From: Oopsacas minuta
Taxonomy: Eukaryota > Animalia > Porifera
Length of the DNA: 64,000 bases
Direction: 5' to 3'
NCBI GenBank assembly: GCA_024704765.1
Contig: JAKMXF010000110.1
Span: 777,186-841,185 of the forward strand
The notes under the pieces were generated by a model. The model saw only the letters and a list, made by a program, of their open reading frames with translations. It did not search any database and had not been told where the DNA came from. The position numbers and the translations under genes were made by a program. Position 1 is the first letter of the stretch; each line of letters opens with the position of its first letter. Below, piece by piece: positions 10,186 to 20,303 of the stretch.

Positions 10186-13100
10186 ATGAGTGATTATCGA
10201 TTTGATTATGCGACTATTCGCCCCTTCCCTCCTTCCACACCCTCTCACAGACTCCGAAGGACACAATCCCACATTCCAGGCGGTGTTAATAGTAACCAGA
10301 GAGCAACAACTTTCTATAACACTTGTTATTCTAAGAATAGGCCCAAGGAGGGTCTCTTGCCCTCTCCGAGGTTAAACTTTAATCGTATGTATAATACTAA
10401 TGCTCTGAGGATTCACGGACCTCCTGGAGACATGGACAGGAGCAGGAGTCCTTCTCCTGCACCCCCAGTACATTTCACACCTCTACATCATACACACGAT
10501 ATGTCACTCCCTCTCAAGTAAGTTTACATTCTTTATTAGTAGCTAGGCAACCAAAAATATTCGTATTTGTATTTGTTTATAGCTTGGAAATCACATGATA
10601 ACAAATAATTATTAATTATCGCTAATCTAATTTAAAAACTGCTTTTCCCATCACTTTCTAATATTTAATTAATATATTACACCTCGTCTGTCTGTAAAGT
10701 CTATTGTTACATTTAATACACTAAACTAGCGTTTTAACGAAGTGTTAGGGCCTCACCCAGGTTTCATTTCCTTGTATAATCTGGATAAGGAATCACTTTG
10801 GTTTTGACAGAAGTTTACTGGGAGATACAATAGGATTCGTATTTGCCTATTAGCCACAAACTTCAAGTCCCAAGTATGTATTTTGCTTTAGTTATATTCA
10901 CAACTTTGCATTTTATCAGCTGTTTGCAACCAAATTAGTTAACAATCAACCTCCCCTGAATTTACAATATATACATAAGCACTTTCACACTTCTAAAATT
11001 CCCTCAACAAACCTAATAACATCCCGCCCTATATTAATTATAATTAATTACTTTAGAAGCAGTTTATATTTTGCAAGGTAAGCTATTCCTAGACAATCGT
11101 CTGTCGTATTATTAGCATAACCACATGCTTAGATATTAGACATACCATTGCCCAATATATGTAACTATGAGGCTCTAGACTCTGGTATTTATCACTGATT
11201 GCCCTACACATTATTCCTACTAATATATGTAGAACTCATATTCAGTGAGAAGACACTTGTTAATAGCAGTGATAACTAAAACCGGTTTATTATAACCGTC
11301 GAGACCTGTACAGTAATTTGAGTTTGTACTAACTGAAGTAAGTCATAGAATCTCGTTAACACAAACTTCTGAATAAGACAAGCATTTACACAAAATCAGG
11401 TGTCTACCATGGTTATTCAATCGGTATTACTCTGGATAAACCGAACATATTTTGAACTTCCGCTGGTGTTTGTATTTACAGGTTACACTGTATTCTCATG
11501 ATAACCAGCTCAATAATTTCCTTCAAGTATTAGCAAAGGAATTCGTGCTGGGTACACTTGCAAATAGGCGAACTATATTCAGAACGTAGAACAAGTAATA
11601 ATTTCCTATAAGATAGGTCCATTTACAGTTCCTCTACCCCCCATTAATGCCCCAGTATAATCTGATGTCTAGTATCCATTTCCTATACTACCACTGGTAA
11701 TAGAAATATCTTGCAAGCTTATTCGACTCAAAATTCTAGTTTCACTGTTTAGGAATTGTTTATTGATTTAAAAATTTTATTGACATTTACATTATATGCA
11801 CCCATAATATTTTCACACCTTTTTATGCAAGATATCTTTTAACTTTTTGATAATTCACATTCCAAATGTATTTGTATTATGTTAGATGGAAACCAAGGTA
11901 TGTGTCCTGTTGTTGTTGTGCTGATAGGAAAGGAGACATCTGATTGGTTCCGCTTGTGTCTCCTAAGTATAAATAGTCGTTTGTTAGGCTTATAATATTA
12001 TCACATGGATCTTACTAATCTTATCTCTAGGCGAGATGCCACACAGACCACTCCCTGTGCCACTACTAATGTCACGACAGCTAGTTCGATTCCATCGAAA
12101 AGTTTTCACACTCAGCTGGTGTTTCCTTCAAATGTGAATTTCCCGGTTGTGTGCAGTCTCGTCCCGGCTGTGCACCCTCTCGCCTTCACGACCCCCTGTC
12201 CAGACACCCAGGGGGACCCCCATTCAGCGACTGGCCGGCGGTCCGTTGTCTCCGAAAAGCTGTCTCAGAAGGGATTATCGAAAAGTCTTATTCCAGAATT
12301 CAGAGACGGGTCTCACTCTCCAGAACCAAGTTTACATCTCATTCCTTCTTCCAGCTCCAACGAGCTAAAGTGAGTATTTCCAGAATTTGTGTATACTTCA
12401 TTTTATTTTTATGTGATAGACTGCTGAATGCTAATTCCGTAAATTCTATACATGCTGACATACTGCTACACATACACACTACAGGATATAGGATTATACC
12501 CATAGAGTAGAGTAAGTCCCTTATGACTGATATGGGGCTGTTATGTGACATATATTAATCTTATAACAATGTGTGAATGTGTTACTGTTATTAGGAGAGG
12601 TTACAGATCTCACTGTACAGGAGATTCAGACTATGAAAGCTGTTCCTCTAGTTCAAACACAGGACTACACTCTCCTATGGATACTCATAATGATATGGAT
12701 TCATATCCTCCCTCTGTTGTGTCTGGATCTGAGCGGTCCTCTGGTTGTTCCTCTCCCTCTCTTAGTGATTCAGATTCTGCTCCCAATGCTCCTACTCGTA
12801 ATCAAGACTCTAACAGGTACCCTTGTTATTCATACTGTGATTTTCACTTATCGGCCTTGGTTGCAAGGGAAATTCGTCCAAAATATGATTAATAGCATTT
12901 AATACATTATTTCTTATTTCAGATCTTTTCGATATAAGACAGATTCTGAGCACTTCTTCGCTTCTTCATCCTCTCTCTCCTCCTCAATCTCCTCCTCTCC
13001 TGAGCCTACAGAATATCCAAAAGAAGATGTGTTATTTATTGACAACAATAAACTGCCTAACACTCCACACAGACCATCTCCCGTTACTACATCCAGTTCA

Positions 13101-15240
13101 TCTCATGTGTACCAGCTGCCTGGGGGACAACTCTCCCAATCTCTCCAGAGACACTCCGCCCCCCTGCCTGTCCAGCAGTACAGCAAGAGTGCTTTCTATC
13201 CTCACGAGACAAGTAGACACAGTTATTCACACCCTCATACCAATAGTGAGTTATTTGTTTGTTGCTCGTATGATAATTTAATTGTGTGTCTTCTACAGCT
13301 GCTTATAGACATAACAACAGCCATCAGAAGCGTAGATCAGTAACTAACAACAGAAACTATCACTATAATTACTTCCCTCAGAGAGATACTAACTCCTGTT
13401 TCTTCAATCTATCCATGGAGATGTGGAAGAATAGTGCGGAATGTAAGCAAGATGATTCTGTCATAATAGCTAAGAGTAATTACTGTGAGAAGTTAACTGC
13501 TTGTATAGAAGAATTATTTCACGGTAATTTACCTATACCCACTTATATCCAAGTGTTAAACTGTACAAATATGGTCCCAAGCAGTCCAAATACCTTATAT
13601 TTTCATCTGTCATATCGAAGTAATTATCACGGTCCCTTCAGCTTGGTGTTGACTTTATGTTACAGTGGTGCTACTCGTAATCACCCAAACAGGAATTATT
13701 CATTCACTTAAGAACTAATAAACACGTAAACAAGTTCTAATAAACAAAAATATAAGTTAGGATAACAATGCTGACGACAACTAACTGTAAGCTGAATATA
13801 TAAATATGATAATAATATCCTAAACAAGTAATCATAAGACTGTATTGAGTCTGTTTGTGTCTGTGTGTGTCTTAATTAATTATAACAAGCAATACTGCTT
13901 ATATACATTATTATATATTTATCATACAGGAGTACAATTCTGCATCGTTGGATCCTCAATGAATGGGTTCTCTACTTCAGATTGTGACCTAGACCTTTGT
14001 GTGATGACGCCTAATCACCCTGTAAGTTATATCATAGCTTTGTCTACTTTTATTAGATTTATTTATTATTATTATTATCTATAGACTCCGACTAGACAGG
14101 ACGTAGTGGATAAGTTGTGTCAGGTATCTTACAGACTCAGAGAGAACAAGATAGGACAAGCTCATCAAGTTATATCCGCTAAAACTCCTATCATCAAGTT
14201 TACTGATCCAGAGAATGGATTTGAGGTTGATATCTCTATCAACAACCAGCACGTAAGTTCTAATATTAAATCTTAGAAATACCTATTGTCCTGAATAGTA
14301 ACCAAGGTGTTGAGCGAGGATATAACATATACCTTCATGCTACCATTCTAATTACTATTCTCCCCTATTTAGGGAATAAGGAACACTAATCTTCTACACA
14401 CATACTCAGAACGTAAGTATTATAATATACACATTCCATTGTATAATATCCGTATCTAACGTATTTTCTATAGTGGATAACAGAGTGAGACCTCTTATAG
14501 TCCTCATAAAGCAGTGGGCCAAGAGACAACAGATAGCTAATGCCCGTTTGGGTACTCTCTCTAGCTATTCTCTTACACTTATGGTTATATTCTATCTTCA
14601 GTCTGGATGTAGTCCTGCCGTCCTACCATCTCTACAGGAGCTGTCACCCGTAAGTACCATTCCTGTATACCCTTGTTGTAGCTAGGATACTGTTTATATG
14701 TGTGGTATGTAGGAATACTTTGATAATTGGGAGATATACCCTCCAGACCACCTGGACACTAATCAAATTAAGTGGGTGCCTAACAATCATCAGAATCTGG
14801 CTGACCTCCTTCTGGGGTTCTTTAAATTTTATACAGAATTCAAGTAAGTTATTATTATTATTATTATTTGCATTCCATTAATCCTCCTCTGTATCCATAG
14901 TTACCAAAATGTGATGTCAATACGTACAGCCTCTATAATACAACCTTCATATGATCAGCTGGGATTTATTAGGATAGAAGAGCCTTATACTAGAGAGAAT
15001 GTAGCTCATTCAGTGTCCAGACCCTGGTGCTTCACTTCTATTAAATCTCATTTACATAACGTAAGTTATACAATACAGTTATATAGAAGCTTACTGTGAT
15101 AATTACTTCGATATTAACTAACACCTCCTTAGGCATATATGGTGCTATACTCCTCTGACGTATCATCTATCGAAGCCTTGTACAGTAACAGACCTATCCC
15201 CACAATTCCCTCTAGCTACTCTCAGAATTATTATCTATAG
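10186..15240 (+). CDS. TENT2: Cytoplasmic poly(A) polymerase GLD-2 / TENT2 (PAPD4), ~12 exons, long Ser/Pro-rich N-terminus
   Basis: In-frame exons from 10186-10517, 12031-12369, 12595-12816 and 12923 onward. Nucleotidyltransferase motif VGSSMNGFSTSDCDLDLC (13930-14021), then AKTPIIKFTD, GIRNTNLLHTY, DNRVRPLIVLIKQWAK, GTLSSYSLTLMVIFYLQ and IEEPY. Stop TAG at 15238-15240. Confidence 0.9.
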
Positions 15241-15708
15241 ACCTTCAACTTCACTTCATAGATCAATCTCGAATTCTGACACAATTTTTACAATCACAAT
15301 GACTATCAATTGATATTAGTAGACATAATCAGTCATGTCAGGTGACTCGAGGAAAACACAGAAAAAATATAAAAAAATAAAACAAACAGAAAAAATATAA
15401 AAAACTATTATTGTATAAAAATGTGTTCTGATATCCTGCTAGTATTTTTAATCGTATTTATTCGGTAGGATTATGTTAATTAGAAGCTGCTTAATTCTCA
15501 CGATGTACAAATCATGAACTGTTACTCTAAACCAACAATAAACTCTCTTTTCACACCTTTCTTTATATATTAATAAAGGGCAGGGATAGACACCTTATGG
15601 AGATATGAGTGTACTTACCAAACCTCCAAGGTGGAAATCTGTAATCTCAGCAAATTAGATTATTAATTGGGTTAAATACAGCTCTAATTACATTATTTAT
15701 AACAGCTA

Positions 15709-16230
15709 ATGGCTAGCGGACAGTCAGAAGATCTCAGTTCTCGTCTCCTTAGAGAATCACAGGACCACATAGAGTCTGTTAAGGCAGGAGCTACACGCAA
15801 GAAAGGGAGAGGATTCACGGGGGAGTATAGCCGATACTCAGGACCAGGGGATTCAGACAGAAGGAGCGGAGGATCAGGGCCTATCCCAGAGCATAGCATA
15901 GAGGGGTGGATCGTATTTGTAACGGGTATACACGAAGAGGCAGGAGAAGAGGACTTGTATGATGTATTCGGGGAGCAGGGTGTAGTTAAGAATCTCCATC
16001 TTAACATGGATAGAAGGACAGGCTTCATTAAAGGGTATGCTATGGTCCAATACGAGACGTTTGTAGAGGCAGAAAGTGCTATAGCTAATCTAGACAGGAG
16101 TGAGCTACACGGTAAGGAGATTAGAGTATCGTGGGCATTTGTTAAACCTCCTCAATCCTCTCATAGGTCAGATACTGCTAGGAATATTATCCGTAGTTCT
16201 AGACGTGTTATGCAAGATGATGAGTTCTAA
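15709..16230 (+). CDS. RBM8A: RNA-binding protein 8A (Y14), exon junction complex core, intronless
   Basis: KKGRGF motif, then SIEGWIVFVTGIHEEAGEEDL...NLHLNMDRRTGFIKGYAMVQY...VSWAFV, the RBM8A RRM signature. Confidence 0.97.
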   Translation: MASGQSEDLSSRLLRESQDHIESVKAGATRKKGRGFTGEYSRYSGPGDSDRRSGGSGPIPEHSIEGWIVFVTGIHEEAGEEDLYDVFGEQGVVKNLHLNMDRRTGFIKGYAMVQYETFVEAESAIANLDRSELHGKEIRVSWAFVKPPQSSHRSDTARNIIRSSRRVMQDDEF

Positions 16231-16368
16231 TTTGTTGTTGTTGACTTCATTATAATAGGATTAATGTCTGTGTATTAAATATCAAGGGACCGTGATAATT
16301 AATTCGATATAACAGGTGTTAACTTTATTGCCAGTACAGGCTCCTTAATAGGTTCCTCTGTGGACAGT

Positions 16369-17408
16369 TCATGTACCATTTGTACCAGGCCTGTATCTCC
16401 AGCTGATTACATATTCCCTAATAGAACTAGAACTATAAAGTGCATATTTAATCTATAGTTCCATATTAAGTACAATTTATCTCATAACATTGGATGTAAG
16501 ATATTATTATTAAACTGAAAATTTTATTAGTACTGATTTTTTGTTGTTGTTTACTGCTTGGGTTTGAGAGTCCATATCTGTCTTGTCAATAGAGTAACTA
16601 CCTTTAGGTAAGCTAACTGTTATCTGAGCCTATAAGTAAATGATAAATATGACAAAGCAGGACAGAGGGCTAACATAACCTAGCTCCTCGCCTCTGTGAC
16701 ATCCAAGGCTGTGCGGGTAAGTGAGGGGTATTCTCTATTACAAACAATATAATAACTTACTGTGTTGTTTCGATGAGAGGATATACATATCTGCGGAGTA
16801 TGATATCTCCTATAGTGTATTGAGTCTGTAGCTGATACTGGGGAGGAAGGAGCTGATCTCATTTTAGAAGTGTGGTAGCTCTAGAAATGTAGATATAATA
16901 GTAGCGGGGGTGATTATTTATATTTTAAAATAATATATAACACATACTACAAATCATGAATCATAGCATTCTATACATGAATATATTCACCAACTCCCAT
17001 AATGTGCTTCTGTGACGTGTTATGTCCAAGTTACCATGGTTACCTCGTTGGCATTTGCTACAACCCCTCGGAGGAAGGAATGGCTATTACCCAATTATAC
17101 CATGGATATATAACTCACTTTACAACACTGTGTTGTAGCTCCCAGCAGCTGAACTATATTATTTAAAGCTTCTTGATGTGTCATGATTACGTCATCCTAA
17201 GACACCTATAAATAACAGAATCTGATTGGTTGTTATATGTATAACTAACACTTAGTGGATCTTCTGAAACAACTGATATATCTGGCCAATCAACTTTCCG
17301 TTTTATACTCCGATTATAAGTGTCAACAGCTTGTTTAGTGGAGCGACACAATGAGCATTTTGTCCAGTCATATCCATACGTGTGAAAGTGTGCTAACTCC
17401 TGAGACAT
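16369..17408 (-). CDS. Hypothetical protein, 7 exons, ~170 aa
   Basis: ATG at 17408 (MSQELAHFHTYGYDWTKCSLC...). Seven exons join through GT-AG junctions with matching phases to a TGA at 16369-16371. No family recognised. Confidence 0.6.
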
Positions 17409-17529
17409 TCCTATATTCCTAATGGTAACTAGGGTTGCTATATTAATATTAATAATCACTTTAAAACAGGAATGTATAATGTGATTAGATTATCCATGGT
17501 TCAATAGTGCGATAAGCTAAGTGAATATT

Positions 17530-18011
17530 TCATAATTTTATGGTTGCTATGTAATCGCTTTTGGAATGCTTGGAATGCATAATATATGCAAAAGTAGGTT
17601 TCATATATCCAGCTGTTATCTGCTTTGAGTTTTTAACATCATTCCTTCTTTGTTCTATTTTTAGATTCTCAGAGGTATGAATTTCAGTTAGGTCAGTCAG
17701 TTCCAAACTAGGTGATGGAAATCCTATAAATATCATTAATCAGATGTATATATTCATATTTTAACACCTTCCTTACCTGGGAATTCTTTATCCTGATCTG
17801 GAACTATCTTATCCATGGTTCTTGTAATAGGTTTAGTGAACATAATAGCTGGAGGAGAGTATAATGTGTCCGTAGTTTCTAGTTGTTCTCTATGGAATGT
17901 TATCTTCTCTACCAGTCCCCTTAGGTGTTCTAGAGACATTCCCTTGTGATGTCTACACCGCAATGGAATGTTATACCTATGATAATACCAACGAATAAGC
18001 CCCTTCCCCAT
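17530..18011 (-). CDS. Hypothetical protein, 2 exons, ~140 aa
   Basis: First true ATG at 18011 (the ORF-track start at 18023 is TTG). Donor CCAG|GTAAGG at 17777 and acceptor TATAG| at 17723 join in phase 1; stop at 17530. Contains AGYMKPT. No family recognised. Confidence 0.5.
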
Positions 18012-18066
18012 TATACGCGCCAATTAATAATATAACAGCTGTTTAATATCACATAACATTGCTACA

Positions 18067-18975
18067 TTATCGTAATCGTGTGTATCCTTGGAATATAATG
18101 TCAGCTGGGTTTCCTGATATGATTAATCTCTCTCCGTTCCTGAAATCTACTGCTAGAGATGAGTATTGATCTCTCCTTCCCTTTCCCCCGTATAGAGGTC
18201 TTCTGTCCACCTGTAGACTAACCATACCGGTAGACTTGTCTCCCAAGACCTGGAACATAACCTGGAGGTTCTTAGGCCTCATTACTAACGGCCATCTTGG
18301 TATCCATCTAAAATAATATGTACCTCATTCAAACAGGGGACTGACCACAAAGGTGTTACAATTAGTCAGCTGATTGGTACAAATAGGACAGTTTTGTGTA
18401 TTAGCTTTTCTATGTTCGAGGAAAGGTTATCTGTTAGGCCTAATGAAAGTCACCTTTTTGGAATGAGGGTATGGGGTTTTTGTATTACAAAAAACTGTAC
18501 TATAGTTGAACTATATATAAGGAATCTGATATTCAAAATGGAATAACATCAACTATCCATGGTACATTCCTCACCTATCTCTGGTAACTGGGGTCTGTAG
18601 CTTAGCTCCTCCTCCATACGCATATGCTTTGAACTGTCCAGTCCTCAAAGTTGTACCCACGTGTACCTTGACCTCGGGATTAGCTCGTAACAGGACCATC
18701 ACCTCAGATACGACCCTTTCCGCAGAGGGTAGTGTGAACAGCCTGTATACCCTCCCTGTGAGTCCTACCCCTATAGCTGTGCCTACACCTCCGAGGTATA
18801 TCCCTATCTTAGCAGAGTCCCAGTGAGTGAGACGAGAGAAGAACTTGCTGGACCTGTATACCCCATAGGATAGGGTACCTAGTCCTAGACCAACTACCCC
18901 CAGGAATGCTGCTCCCCTTCTTGATACAGCTACCTTCTTCAATGATACGGACAGTTTGTTAATTAGTCCTGACAT
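18067..18975 (-). CDS. Mitochondrial TIM21-like / Coa1-fold inner-membrane protein, 2 exons (~213 aa)
   Basis: Exons 18975-18575 and 18307-18067 join in frame (TRDR|WIPRWPLVMRPK). Basic, acid-poor N-terminus resembling a presequence, two hydrophobic segments, then VMVLLRANPEV..VGTTLRTGQFKAYAYGGG, LQVMFQVLGDKSTGMVSLQV and YSSLAVDF. Confidence 0.6.
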
Positions 18976-18993
18976 ATATCTAACTCATTAATA

Positions 18994-19117
18994 GATGCTT
19001 GGATATAAGCACCAGTTTCTGGAATACGATTCTCGCATATTCCTGTATATTTATACCGGTTACAGGAACATGTATTGTACTCCCAATGGTGATCTTATTA
19101 GCCGGTATACACTGTAC
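18994..19117 (+). repeat. Dispersed ~120-bp hairpin repeat, copy 2
   Basis: Shares TCTGGAATACG.TTCTCGCATATTCCTGTATATTTATACCGGTTA with copy 1; the hairpin arms are degenerate. Confidence 0.85.
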
Positions 19118-19173
19118 AAGTGTTACATACATATTACAACAATAAAATAATCTTTGGAATTTGAAATAATTTC

Positions 19174-19178
19174 AAAAA
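19174..19178 (-). terminator. Pol III oligo-T terminator of tRNA-Sec
   Basis: TTTTT one base after the tRNA 3' end on the minus strand. Confidence 0.85.
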
Positions 19179-19179
19179 G

Positions 19180-19266
19180 CGCCCGAAAGGTGGAATCGAA
19201 CCACTCTGTCGCTAGACAGCTACAGGTTTGAAGCCTGCACACCACACCAGTGAAGCTCATTCAGGC
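19180..19266 (-). tRNA. Selenocysteine tRNA, tRNA[Ser]Sec, anticodon UCA
   Basis: 87-nt reverse complement GCCTGAATGAGCTTCACTGGTGTGGTGTGCAGGCTTCAAACCTGTAGCTGTCTAGCGACAGAGTGGTTCGATTCCACCTTTCGGGCG. It has a 9-bp acceptor stem, 6-bp D-stem with TGGT loop, anticodon TCA (19229-19231) and a long variable arm. The 3' two-thirds nearly match vertebrate tRNA-Sec as I recall it. Confidence 0.97.
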
Positions 19267-19288
19267 AATTATTGTACTCTCTAAGAAC

Positions 19289-19296
19289 TATTTATA
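19289..19296 (-). promoter_or_regulatory. TATA box of the tRNA-Sec external Pol III promoter
   Basis: TATAAATA at -30 to -23 from the mature 5' end, the position expected for tRNA-Sec genes. Confidence 0.75.
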
Positions 19297-20303
19297 CTCC
19301 ATATCTCTATGTCTGATTGATATATGGGTTGGTTAGAATAATTACTGATATAGTATAACCGCCACTTCTGGTAATTGAGTGAAAATGAATAGAGCGAATT
19401 CCTAGTCTCATACAAATGAGCCTCCATACACGAGGTAGCATTTTTCGGCTGTACACACCACCCACCGGCTCCCTAAGGCTACATACACAACATATGAACA
19501 TAGTATACACGTCATTGTATAGGTAACCCTTGAATAGTTTCTATAAGATATCATACGAACTTTGGAGAAATCAGAAATACTGTTCTCATCCTAGCCCTGA
19601 GTACAATAACATACCAATGAGGGAATACATCACTAAGGTATAGCTATCAGTAATGTTATGATATAAATCATCTGCTGGCTGTCATATAAATGCATTAATT
19701 AACAACATCTCCTGTTATAGAATTAGGGATTTTAAATCCTGGAAGATATTCCTTTGTCAGAGAATTGATATCTCCCATCTGTATGAAGATCTTTAAATAC
19801 AGCATTTCCAGATTATATGCATTCTTATAGCTCAGTGGTAAGGCTCTTGGGTAATCCAAGGGAGAAAAGGCTTAGGAAAGGCTTTCCTAATGCCTCGTAT
19901 GGTTTATAAAACTCACCATAATAGTCGGTGAGAGCAAATTACAAGTTATTAATTTGCTATTCCTTACCAAAATGAAGTATAATTTAATAAAAAGATTCGT
20001 AAACGAATTATTAATCGCTTACTGGTCTATAATTACATTACGTGGCAGTAATTAGCACATTTCTAGATAGAACAATTAGCGACCAATATCGGTTATTCAT
20101 ATTCATAACTCGTTTCCATAGCAACTAAAACGATCATTAGATTAGTAGTAAATAATGTATGTATTCATTGAATAATTATTGGTTGCTATGGTGCTATATT
20201 ATGGAATGTAGCATGTCTGTACAGATGGCTTAATATTGTGTCTATAGATATTTTGATAATTTATTCAGAAGATAAGAACATAATTATTACAGGGAGACAG
20301 GGG

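Noticed and set aside
16345-16371. Possible Sec read-through of the terminal TGA of the 7-exon orphan gene (near tRNA-Sec)
   Set aside because: No redox motif or selenoprotein homology, no SECIS recognised, and tRNA proximity is not evidence.
19307-19510. 67-aa ORF upstream of tRNA-Sec
   Set aside because: No homology or splice support; probably promoter-region noise.
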